NCBI GenBank assembly: GCA_037139195.1
Contig: JBAXGW010000018.1
Location: 19 to 64,018 of the forward strand
Reading direction: 5' to 3'
Length of the DNA stretch: 64,000 bases
Source of the DNA: Bacteroidota bacterium
Lineage (GTDB): Bacteria; Bacteroidota; Bacteroidia; Bacteroidales; JAHJDW01
This document shows positions 51,021 to 58,692 of the stretch, piece by piece. Position numbers and translations under genes: made by a program. Position 1 is the stretch's first letter. Each line of letters opens with the position of its first letter. Under the pieces are notes generated by a model that was given only the letters and a program-made list of their open reading frames with translations, did not search any database and was not told the DNA's origin.

Positions 51021-51686
51021 TTATTCGCTTATATTAATAGGTGTGTCCCATTTTTTATAGGAAATCTTTTTAAAACAAATATTATATTTCCCTTTTTTAT
51101 CTATCCATATCAGCTCATTCTTTTTTATTATTAATTTCTCGTTGCTCAAATTTTTCGTATATTGCTTAATAGATTGCAAATCCACTAATTCCATTCTTTT
51201 ATTGTGAAAAGAATTTGCTATAAATATAAGCCCTTCTTCATTATTTTCAGCATTAGTTATTGATATTCTATTTACGCTAATTGTATCAACAAAAAACCAT
51301 TTGTCATCAGACTTTAAAGTATCTACAAGAAAGTTGTTGTTTATTTTTATAACAACTTTCTTGCATAAAGTTGTATCCATATTAAATTTGATGAATACTC
51401 CATTTATTGTACTATCATCAATAAATGTATTTTTACTTTGCGGCTGAATAAATGAATTAATAAGTATTGTGTCTCCAGTAAATTTTTCCCATTTTCCTTT
51501 GCATATCACCCATCCTCTATAATCAGAATAGGTGTTGTACTCAAAGGTTCCATTTGATTTTATACGTATTTGAGAGCATTCCACTCCTCCATTATCACAA
51601 TACAAACTGTAAAAGTTTTCGTTTAAATGACAAAGTTTGCATGAGTTAACTAATAATAGGATTAAAAAGAATAATATAACTTTCAT
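51021..51686 (-). CDS. lipoprotein, candidate immunity protein for the upstream toxin
   Basis: 221 aa. Lipobox LLVNSC. Its ATG overlaps the toxin stop (ATGA at 51683-51686). No recognisable enzymatic motifs. Confidence 0.45.
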   Translation of the reverse strand: MKVILFFLILLLVNSCKLCHLNENFYSLYCDNGGVECSQIRIKSNGTFEYNTYSDYRGWVICKGKWEKFTGDTILINSFIQPQSKNTFIDDSTINGVFIKFNMDTTLCKKVVIKINNNFLVDTLKSDDKWFFVDTISVNRISITNAENNEEGLIFIANSFHNKRMELVDLQSIKQYTKNLSNEKLIIKKNELIWIDKKGKYNICFKKISYKKWDTPINISE

Positions 51687-52663
51687 TTTACAAAATCCTC
51701 CTCGAAATCCTTAAAAGTTTTACCGTCATATTTAGTTTGCATTTCAAATGGACGTCCATTCGCCCAAGCACTCAGAACGTATTCTATTAACATGCTAGAA
51801 TTTAAATTAACGGATGGAATATCTTTATCATAGCCATATATAACAATTAAATCACTTGTCGAAACTTTTAAAAGTGGGTCGCTTAAATATCCAAAAGCAC
51901 TGCCTCTCTGTTTTGCAGCTTGTTCATCTGTTAAATCATACAGCCATCCAGGAGCCCCTGTTTCTTTATTAAAACTAAATTCACCTTTAAGAGCTTGGTA
52001 TCCATGTTTTAATTCATGTGCCATTGTTCCAGTATTTCCAACATTGTAATTCATTTGAATAATACCATTTTTATAACGTACATTACCTTTCACTCTATTA
52101 TTTTCATCATTATAATTACTTGTAGGATTCAAAAAGAATTTCATATCACTATTATTCATTTCAACAACTTCATCTATCATAGTATTCAATTCAGATATTT
52201 TATTATTTAAATTAATGTTCTCTTCTGAAAGTTTCGCAAACTCTTTATCAGCAGAATTCATTCCATTTAATTTGCCATTGTTTTCATTAATTTTGTTGTT
52301 TATTTCCGTTTTTTGTTTATTCGCTTTTTCAATTATTTTTCCAGATACTTTACTGTCTTTTTTGCCCTGTCTATCTACGAACTCATCTCCAAGTAAATCA
52401 ATATTAAAAATAGGATTATTCCCAAAACAAGCGTAATCTGAAATATGAATTTGCGGTTTAGGGTCCAAATTCCACCTTCTTGCAATTCTACTATCGTATT
52501 CCCAAAACTTAGCAGTGTACAAACCTTGAGTTATATCATTATCTTTTTCCTGTCCGTTCATTCCACGAGTACTGCTATTACTGTTGAAAGAGCGTCCCCC
52601 CATTTCCATACCGAATGCATAATAATCTGTAATATTTATGCTTAGTTTTTGCAAATTGAACAA
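51683..52663 (-). CDS. orphan Rhs-tip polymorphic toxin fragment with an HExxH (zincin-like) C-terminal domain
   Basis: Opens with the end of an Rhs core (DYYAFGMEMGGRSFNSNSSTRGMNGQEKD...WEYDSRIARRWNLDPKP...YACFGNNPI). A coiled-coil linker and a domain containing TMAHELKHGYQ follow. TTG start, with an in-frame TAG three codons upstream. Confidence 0.65.
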   Translation of the reverse strand: MFNLQKLSINITDYYAFGMEMGGRSFNSNSSTRGMNGQEKDNDITQGLYTAKFWEYDSRIARRWNLDPKPQIHISDYACFGNNPIFNIDLLGDEFVDRQGKKDSKVSGKIIEKANKQKTEINNKINENNGKLNGMNSADKEFAKLSEENINLNNKISELNTMIDEVVEMNNSDMKFFLNPTSNYNDENNRVKGNVRYKNGIIQMNYNVGNTGTMAHELKHGYQALKGEFSFNKETGAPGWLYDLTDEQAAKQRGSAFGYLSDPLLKVSTSDLIVIYGYDKDIPSVNLNSSMLIEYVLSAWANGRPFEMQTKYDGKTFKDFEEDFVK

Positions 52664-52760
52664 TATTTTTCGCTATAAAAGTACTGTTTTTGAGTTATAA
52701 TTCATAGTTATTATCATTTTTTTGTGTTATTAGTATGACCATGGGCAATGTAAATTATTA

Positions 52761-52792
52761 TTTGTTTTAAGTTGTTGTTTGTGTTATATTTG
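52761..52792 (+). promoter_or_regulatory. candidate sigma-A promoter of the antitoxin/toxin pair
   Basis: TTTG at 52761-52764, 20-nt spacer, TAtaTTTG at 52785-52792. It lies 20 nt upstream of the ATG. Confidence 0.45.
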
Positions 52793-52812
52793 CATTTTAA
52801 AATCAACCATTT

Positions 52813-53013
52813 ATGTATAAAGAAAACTTTATTGTAGATAACTTAGGAAACCGCATAGCTGTTATGCTCCCAATTAAAAAATATGACAAAATGTGCGAAG
52901 CATTAGAAGAACTTGAAGATATTAAAGCGTATGATTTTGCAAAAGCAAAAAATGAACAAACTATTCCGTTAAGAGAAGCTATTAAACTTCGCAAACAAAA
53001 ACAAAATGGATAA
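52813..53013 (+). CDS. type II antitoxin (Phd/RelB-like)
   Basis: 66 aa. 8-nt overlap with the downstream RelE-like gene. Acidic central helix (CEALEELEDIKAYD). Confidence 0.55.
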   Translation: MYKENFIVDNLGNRIAVMLPIKKYDKMCEALEELEDIKAYDFAKAKNEQTIPLREAIKLRKQKQNG

Positions 53014-53263
53014 ATACACAGTTGTAATTAATAAATCTGTTCAAAAACTTCTTCAAAAACTTCCAAATAATATTGCAGAGCAACTCGAAAACAGTATGCT
53101 TGATTTAGAAAATAATCCACGCCCAAATGGATGCAAAAAGCTAAAAGGTCGCTCAGCCTACAGAATACGTGAAGGAAATTACCGAATTATTTATGAAATT
53201 GAAGATAAAATCATTACTGTAATAGTTACAAATATTGGTCATAGAAAAGACATATATAAATAA
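53006..53263 (+). CDS. RelE/ParE-family type II toxin
   Basis: 85 aa. The block NPRPNGCKKLKGRSAYRIREGNYRIIYEIEDKIITVIVTNIGHRKDIY is the classic RelE/StbE pattern. Confidence 0.8.
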   Translation: MDKYTVVINKSVQKLLQKLPNNIAEQLENSMLDLENNPRPNGCKKLKGRSAYRIREGNYRIIYEIEDKIITVIVTNIGHRKDIYK

Positions 53264-53437
53264 AATTTCAACCCAAAACCTTTAATAGGTAGTCAGTCAC
53301 TATCTGCCGTATGGCACCCTTTACACTTCGACTACCGCTCAGTGCATCGCCATTTACCTTGCACCGTGAACCATCAAATCGTTCCTGTCTTAAATAATAT
53401 TCAAAGCTTTATAATCCTTTTAAATGTGAATCGTGAA

Positions 53438-53542
53438 TAGTTGCCGTATGGTCTGCCGAATGGCTCCAATCACTATTCCCCAATCACTATTCACTATTTA
53501 GTTTTGTTACCCTAAAAAAGGTTCTATGATATGATTATCAAT
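53438..53542. repeat. 105-bp copy of the island boundary repeat
   Basis: Identical to 50808-50912 at 104 of 105 positions by manual alignment. The single difference is cactattcCcc versus cactattcAcc. Confidence 0.9.
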
Positions 53543-53599
53543 GATGAGGGTGCTTCGGGGAATTTGCACTTCAATATTGCCATAGCTAACCCCTTTATG

Positions 53600-54016
53600 T
53601 TATGGAACAGGATTCAGAGAAACTATGTAAATAAATCCTGTATATGATGAAAATATTACATACGCTAATGCTAAGATTTCTGGTAGAAAATTAAATTTAG
53701 AATACTTGCCTCTCTCAATTTGTTCAGATATAATCAAATATTTTTCGTTGTGGTGCAAAAGCAAATAATTGAAAACTGAAAAAACAAGAATAAGCAAGAA
53801 AAAGAGAAAAAAAAATGATTCCTTTTTTACTGAAAAAAGTGCGACTACATTAATAGCTTCAAATGATGACAGGCAAGTGAAGGCAACAGCAAATAAATCA
53901 CTAGTTGACTTTCTGTCATCAATTGAGATGCCTTCAAATAACGAATAGATGCCGTAATATATAAAATAAAACGGAATAAGAATAATTTCAATTAATTTTA
54001 TTCGGAACTGAATCAT
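53600..54016 (-). CDS. 4-TM membrane protein, possible second immunity or accessory protein
   Basis: The start at MIQFRIKL gives an ATGA overlap with the upstream stop (54013-54016). Four hydrophobic helices. Confidence 0.4.
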   Translation of the reverse strand: MIQFRIKLIEIILIPFYFIYYGIYSLFEGISIDDRKSTSDLFAVAFTCLSSFEAINVVALFSVKKESFFFLFFLLILVFSVFNYLLLHHNEKYLIISEQIERGKYSKFNFLPEILALAYVIFSSYTGFIYIVSLNPVP

Positions 54017-54432
54017 TTTTTTAAATCCCAATTTTCTTTACATTGCTTAATTGCATGTTTCGCATTAATATTAGCTGAATCCAATAATAAAACTTTTTGA
54101 AAATAATCAATCGCTTTTACACCTTCGTTAGCCATCATACAATTTAACCCTTTATAAAACAAACATTTTTCTACTTTGTATTTATGATTAATGCAATAGT
54201 CAAAAAAATAATTAGATTCATTAATTTTCCATAATTTACCACATGCAAACCCTCTCTTAAAAAAGAACTCAAAATCTAATGTGTCTGGTTTTATGTAGCT
54301 AAATAGTGAATCAGCTTTTAAATAATTTTCTTCTTTATAAAATAATAAAGCTTGCTTTTTTAGCTCAATTTTGTCTGCTCCATTACAAGCAGTCAAGCAT
54401 ATTAATACGAATAATAAATAGTGTTTTCTCAT
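54013..54432 (-). CDS. TPR-like lipoprotein, candidate immunity protein
   Basis: 139 aa. Lipobox CLTACNG. Helical TPR-like repeats (ALLFYKEENYLKADSLF; AIDYFQKVLLLDSANINAKHAI). ATGA overlap with the toxin stop. Confidence 0.45.
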   Translation of the reverse strand: MRKHYLLFVLICLTACNGADKIELKKQALLFYKEENYLKADSLFSYIKPDTLDFEFFFKRGFACGKLWKINESNYFFDYCINHKYKVEKCLFYKGLNCMMANEGVKAIDYFQKVLLLDSANINAKHAIKQCKENWDLKK

Positions 54433-55520
54433 TTGTACATATCATTAACAATATTCATTTGCTTAGATAAATCTTTGCATTTTTCCTTTAGATGTGTGTT
54501 ATAAGGGTCTCTAATTAACTTTGCTTGAGTATCCCAATATTCCGCTGCTATATTAAGTGCAACACCTTCTTTCATGAATTCAGTGTTTACTGCTTTTGTT
54601 AATATATATATTTCCGTGCCGCAAACAACACCAATGGCTGTGCTTGCAGCAGTAACACCAGCTGCACCATAATCTCCATCATAAATAAATTTGCCAGTTT
54701 GTGCAACTCCAATGCCAAATCCTAGAGCATTGGGGAATTTGCCCCCTTTGCCAGATAATTCTGATGCAAGACCTATCACATCCGAAGCATCTCCTACATC
54801 ATTAAGTGCTTTATCTAATGGGGTGTTATGGGAAAATCTGCTGTTAATTTTTGGTTGAGAAATAACAATCGGATTTATTTTAAAAGAAGTACTTTCTGAA
54901 ATCGGCTCGGTTCTATTAGGAGCTTTATTATTAGTAGCCACATTGCTTTCTGGATTTTTTTCTCCATTCCAACCAAATCTGCGTTGATATGCAACACCGC
55001 CATCCGTACCTGGAGCAGCACTGGCATCCTTTCTATATTTAACGTCCTTTCCCACATAATATTGACCAGTATTTAAATCTGTTTTAACTTCTCCACCATG
55101 GAAAATTTTATATGCATAAGCTTGAAATTTATGCTTAAAATCGCCAAATTTATCAACATACGCAATTGGGTTATTTCCAAAGCAAGCGTAATTACTTTCC
55201 CATGAAACAGGTTTTGGGTCTTTATTCCACCTTCTGCCAATCCTTGCATCATACTCCCAATACAAAGCAGTATAGATTCCCGCTCCAATTTCTTGGTCTT
55301 TTTCCTGTCCGTTCATTCCACGAGTGCTGGTATTACTATTGAAAGCTCTGCCTGGCATTTCCATACCGAATGCATAATAATCGGTACTACTAATAATATC
55401 AGCTTGGTAATAATCGAAAGCCCCCGAAGTATTGAAATGCGGTATTTTTCTATCGCTAATGGTAGTCAGTACGTTTCCGAGATGGTTTGTTAGCTCGTTA
55501 TATTTACAGGATGTAATCAC
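54429..55520 (-). CDS. orphan Rhs-tip polymorphic toxin fragment with a glycine-zipper-containing C-terminal domain
   Basis: NHLGNVLTTISDRK...DYYAFGMEMPGRAFNSNTSTRGMNGQEKD...WEYDARIGRRWNKDPKP...YACFGNNPI is followed by an unrelated 240-aa C-terminus containing ALGFGIGVAQTG...GAAGVTAASTAIGVVCG. GTG start. Confidence 0.65.
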   Translation of the reverse strand: MITSCKYNELTNHLGNVLTTISDRKIPHFNTSGAFDYYQADIISSTDYYAFGMEMPGRAFNSNTSTRGMNGQEKDQEIGAGIYTALYWEYDARIGRRWNKDPKPVSWESNYACFGNNPIAYVDKFGDFKHKFQAYAYKIFHGGEVKTDLNTGQYYVGKDVKYRKDASAAPGTDGGVAYQRRFGWNGEKNPESNVATNNKAPNRTEPISESTSFKINPIVISQPKINSRFSHNTPLDKALNDVGDASDVIGLASELSGKGGKFPNALGFGIGVAQTGKFIYDGDYGAAGVTAASTAIGVVCGTEIYILTKAVNTEFMKEGVALNIAAEYWDTQAKLIRDPYNTHLKEKCKDLSKQMNIVNDMYK

Positions 55521-55533
55521 TGGCGCATTGCAG

Positions 55534-57303
55534 CTATTCTCTTACTAAGGTAACAGTGCCCGTTTCGTTATAGATTTTATCTGCAATATCACCCTTAAAT
55601 ATAAAATAATAAGTTCCTGATGGCGCTTCTAACCCTGCTTGAGTTTTGCCATCCCAACCTACATGTGGATTGTTGGTTTCGAAAATTAAATTTCCCCAAC
55701 GATTAAATATTTGCAAAGCAAACGATTTTGAACCACTATTTTTAATATAGAAATTATCGTTGAAACCATCACCATTTGGAGTAAATACATTAGGTATCAC
55801 TGCACCACTAACAACATGTACAATATACGATGCAGTATCTTTGCAACCAAATTCATTTTCTACTAAATACGATACAGTATAATCGCCTGGATTTTCATAT
55901 TCGTGATATGGATTTTGTAAGTTATTTCCGTAACCATCACCAAATTCCCATGTGTACGTATAATTTGATGTGTTAATTGTATCCATCAAATGAACTAAAT
56001 CGTGTTCGAAAATATTATTTGTATCAGAAATAATAATTGCATCGGGTTTTGGATGTATTACAACATTACAAGATAATTCATTAGTATTACAAAAACCGAA
56101 AATATTTTGTGATACAGCAACAGTTCCATTTCCCGGATTCGACCAATCTACAACTATTGTAGAGTCGGTTGGATCAGTAATAATAGCACCTCCAGTTACA
56201 GTCCATTCGTAATCGCCAGGGTTTGCACCACCATTAAGTGTATAAGTAGAACCCGTATCGCCAAAGCACAACTCAGAGCTGCAAATTAAATCGGTAATAA
56301 TCGGTTTTTTATACGAAAGAATAAATGGGTGAGGATTAAAATTAGTCCAACCATTAGGAATTTTAACAATTGCAGTGGTAGGCGTAGGCTGTCCTAAGTA
56401 ACTATAGTTGTTTCCAGTATTATGCCACATATTTCCACCTGTAGTTTGCCAATGTGCAATGCTATTCCAATCATAAGGATCTTGAACCATATCGTATTGG
56501 ACAGTAACATCAGTAGGTGCATTTCCTTGTGCTTGATCAATTAGGTGATAGTATTGCATGTTAGAAAAACAAACAGTATCGTCTCTCAACCAAATATCGT
56601 AACCATCATCAGTAGCTAAATTATTTACCATACGAATTGCAAAAATATTAGTATCAGATGGATTGCTCATTTTAAGGATTACAGGACGATATCTTTGAAT
56701 TCCAACCGAAGAACCAACAGGAAATAAATAGGGCTGTGGTAAAAGCATTTGCCTATTTAGTGAACCATTAGCTAAGCTGCTTACAAATCCAGTAGTGCGG
56801 CTAATTGCATTTACATCAACATTATTTACATGCATAATATTTGTTTCTGTAGCAAGTTCTCTATCCGTTAAATCAAGATTATTAGTTACTATAGCATCAA
56901 TTTCTTGAAATTTAACACCTGTTCCAGTAAGAAGTAAATTATTAAAACTAGAAATTTGTGTTCCTTTTATCCATTGGTTATAGCCATTCAAGCTAACTAA
57001 GCCTAAACCAGAGTTGAATTCTTGATTGTTTTCCCAATCATTAAACACCTCAAAGAAACCATTACCAGCATAGTCGCCGCCATAGGTTATTCCATCGTTG
57101 ATATAACTACCTTCGATATGAACATTTCCAAGATTATAAAAACATGAATCAATGGTATGAACATCACCATTTATTTGAACAACAGCATCAACACTAACGT
57201 GAAAATGAATATCGTTAACAGTAACTAATTGTGCATTAACAGCTGCAGTTGAAATAAAAGCAGCAATAAACAACAATCTTTTAAAAGCAAAAAGCATTTT
57301 CAT
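55534..57303 (-). CDS. T9SS cargo protein with PKD-like domains and a type-B (CHU_C / gliding-associated) C-terminal domain
   Basis: 589 aa. Signal peptide. PKD-like segment (YTWEFGDGYGNNLQNPYHEYENPGDYTVSYLVENEFGC). C-terminal IPNVFTPNGDGFNDNFYIKN...GTYYFIF. Confidence 0.7.
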   Translation of the reverse strand: MKMLFAFKRLLFIAAFISTAAVNAQLVTVNDIHFHVSVDAVVQINGDVHTIDSCFYNLGNVHIEGSYINDGITYGGDYAGNGFFEVFNDWENNQEFNSGLGLVSLNGYNQWIKGTQISSFNNLLLTGTGVKFQEIDAIVTNNLDLTDRELATETNIMHVNNVDVNAISRTTGFVSSLANGSLNRQMLLPQPYLFPVGSSVGIQRYRPVILKMSNPSDTNIFAIRMVNNLATDDGYDIWLRDDTVCFSNMQYYHLIDQAQGNAPTDVTVQYDMVQDPYDWNSIAHWQTTGGNMWHNTGNNYSYLGQPTPTTAIVKIPNGWTNFNPHPFILSYKKPIITDLICSSELCFGDTGSTYTLNGGANPGDYEWTVTGGAIITDPTDSTIVVDWSNPGNGTVAVSQNIFGFCNTNELSCNVVIHPKPDAIIISDTNNIFEHDLVHLMDTINTSNYTYTWEFGDGYGNNLQNPYHEYENPGDYTVSYLVENEFGCKDTASYIVHVVSGAVIPNVFTPNGDGFNDNFYIKNSGSKSFALQIFNRWGNLIFETNNPHVGWDGKTQAGLEAPSGTYYFIFKGDIADKIYNETGTVTLVRE

Positions 57304-57508
57304 AATATGCTATATATCAGTAATAACTTTATTTTAGTAGCCAGTGTAATTAATCTGTAAAAGTGGCGATTTTATTCTACAAAAACAAATTTTGAACCCA
57401 CTTTTTGATTTTTATTATACATTTTATCGGTTCTTTAATAATTTTTATGAAATAGATCAAAAAAACGTACTACCTAATTAATACGAAAAAAATTAAAATA
57501 GGTTGCTT

Positions 57509-58531
57509 TTATTTCTTTGGTTTATACTTTGATTGTAAAAATATTTTATGAGCATCTTTATCCATGAGCAATTGAGCCAGCTTCACATTTGGATTTTGCT
57601 TCATATAACTTCTAACAATTTGCCAGCCTACCCATATACCAATTCTAGAAGGCGACTCTTTCGAAATAGAAGAAGTAAAAGGTCCATCTGATGTATATTT
57701 TTGAATATCGTCAATATTTGAAGAATACAGCAATTTCTTTTCTATAAAGAAAGCCCAAACATTTGCCTCATTCTTTTCGCACCAATTAATTTCTGATTCA
57801 TTAAATCCAATTTTCAAACTATCTTCCTTATCGGGAAACATAGCATCCACAAAATAATACATTTTGCCATAATATACCATTTTACTAATCAAGTCTTGGT
57901 TAAGTGTGCTATCCGTGAATTCAGACATGGCCCAACCCAGCATACAATCGGATGAAATATATTGTTTATCCATTCTGCAAACTTTATAAGTTGGAATTCC
58001 TAACATTGGGTAATATTCGAATTTTTTTCCAAGATACATATCTAAACTTATAGCTAGCGTAGAGTCGGTGGCTATTATAGGATAGTTAAAACCACTTATA
58101 CAAGTAGCAATACGAGGAATTAATTTATTAGGGAAATAATATTTGTAGTGTTTGAGTCCTTCATTTAAATCTTTTTCAATATCATCAACATTTTCAAATA
58201 TCTTCAGGGTGCGAGTATAAATATCTTGCAAATCTGCATTTTCTCTAAATTTTTGAAAAGACAAATAAAAATTAGAATCCTTATTATCGCCTAATTTCAT
58301 AACGCTACCTGCATATATATCAAAGAAACCTCCGTACTTTTTCTTCAAAAACCGAACCTGACTTTTAGCATCCATTTTTTGTGAAGCAAAAACATCCTTA
58401 TCAAATCGTATAATTTCAAGTTTATAGTTTATATCATCGGTTTTAACGTCTTTTAATGAATTTTTATTTTCGCAAGAAAAAAAAGATAACAATACAATTG
58501 CTACAAATAAAATTTGTGCGATTTTTCTCAT
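57509..58531 (-). CDS. gldB: gliding motility lipoprotein GldB
   Basis: 340 aa. Lipobox-like FFSC. The C-terminal block KESPSRIGIWVGWQIVRSYMKQNP...IFLQSKYKPKK matches my recollection of the GldB family. Confidence 0.7.
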   Translation of the reverse strand: MRKIAQILFVAIVLLSFFSCENKNSLKDVKTDDINYKLEIIRFDKDVFASQKMDAKSQVRFLKKKYGGFFDIYAGSVMKLGDNKDSNFYLSFQKFRENADLQDIYTRTLKIFENVDDIEKDLNEGLKHYKYYFPNKLIPRIATCISGFNYPIIATDSTLAISLDMYLGKKFEYYPMLGIPTYKVCRMDKQYISSDCMLGWAMSEFTDSTLNQDLISKMVYYGKMYYFVDAMFPDKEDSLKIGFNESEINWCEKNEANVWAFFIEKKLLYSSNIDDIQKYTSDGPFTSSISKESPSRIGIWVGWQIVRSYMKQNPNVKLAQLLMDKDAHKIFLQSKYKPKK

Positions 58532-58692
58532 AGGTGATAAATTAAAGTTTTTCCAAAGTTAAATTAAATTTTAATTGATTTGAAAATACTTCATATATAA
58601 ATTTAATCTACTACATTTGTAATAGAACATAAATTTTATTTACATATCTCATATTACAACCTCATAATCTGGCTTTAACAGCAAATTACAAC

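Noticed and set aside
50922-51134. The 70-aa plus-strand ORF spanning the repeat and the 3' end of the immunity gene
   Set aside because: It starts inside the non-coding repeat unit and runs antisense to a better-supported lipoprotein gene. Its sequence is low-complexity and Phe/Ile-rich.
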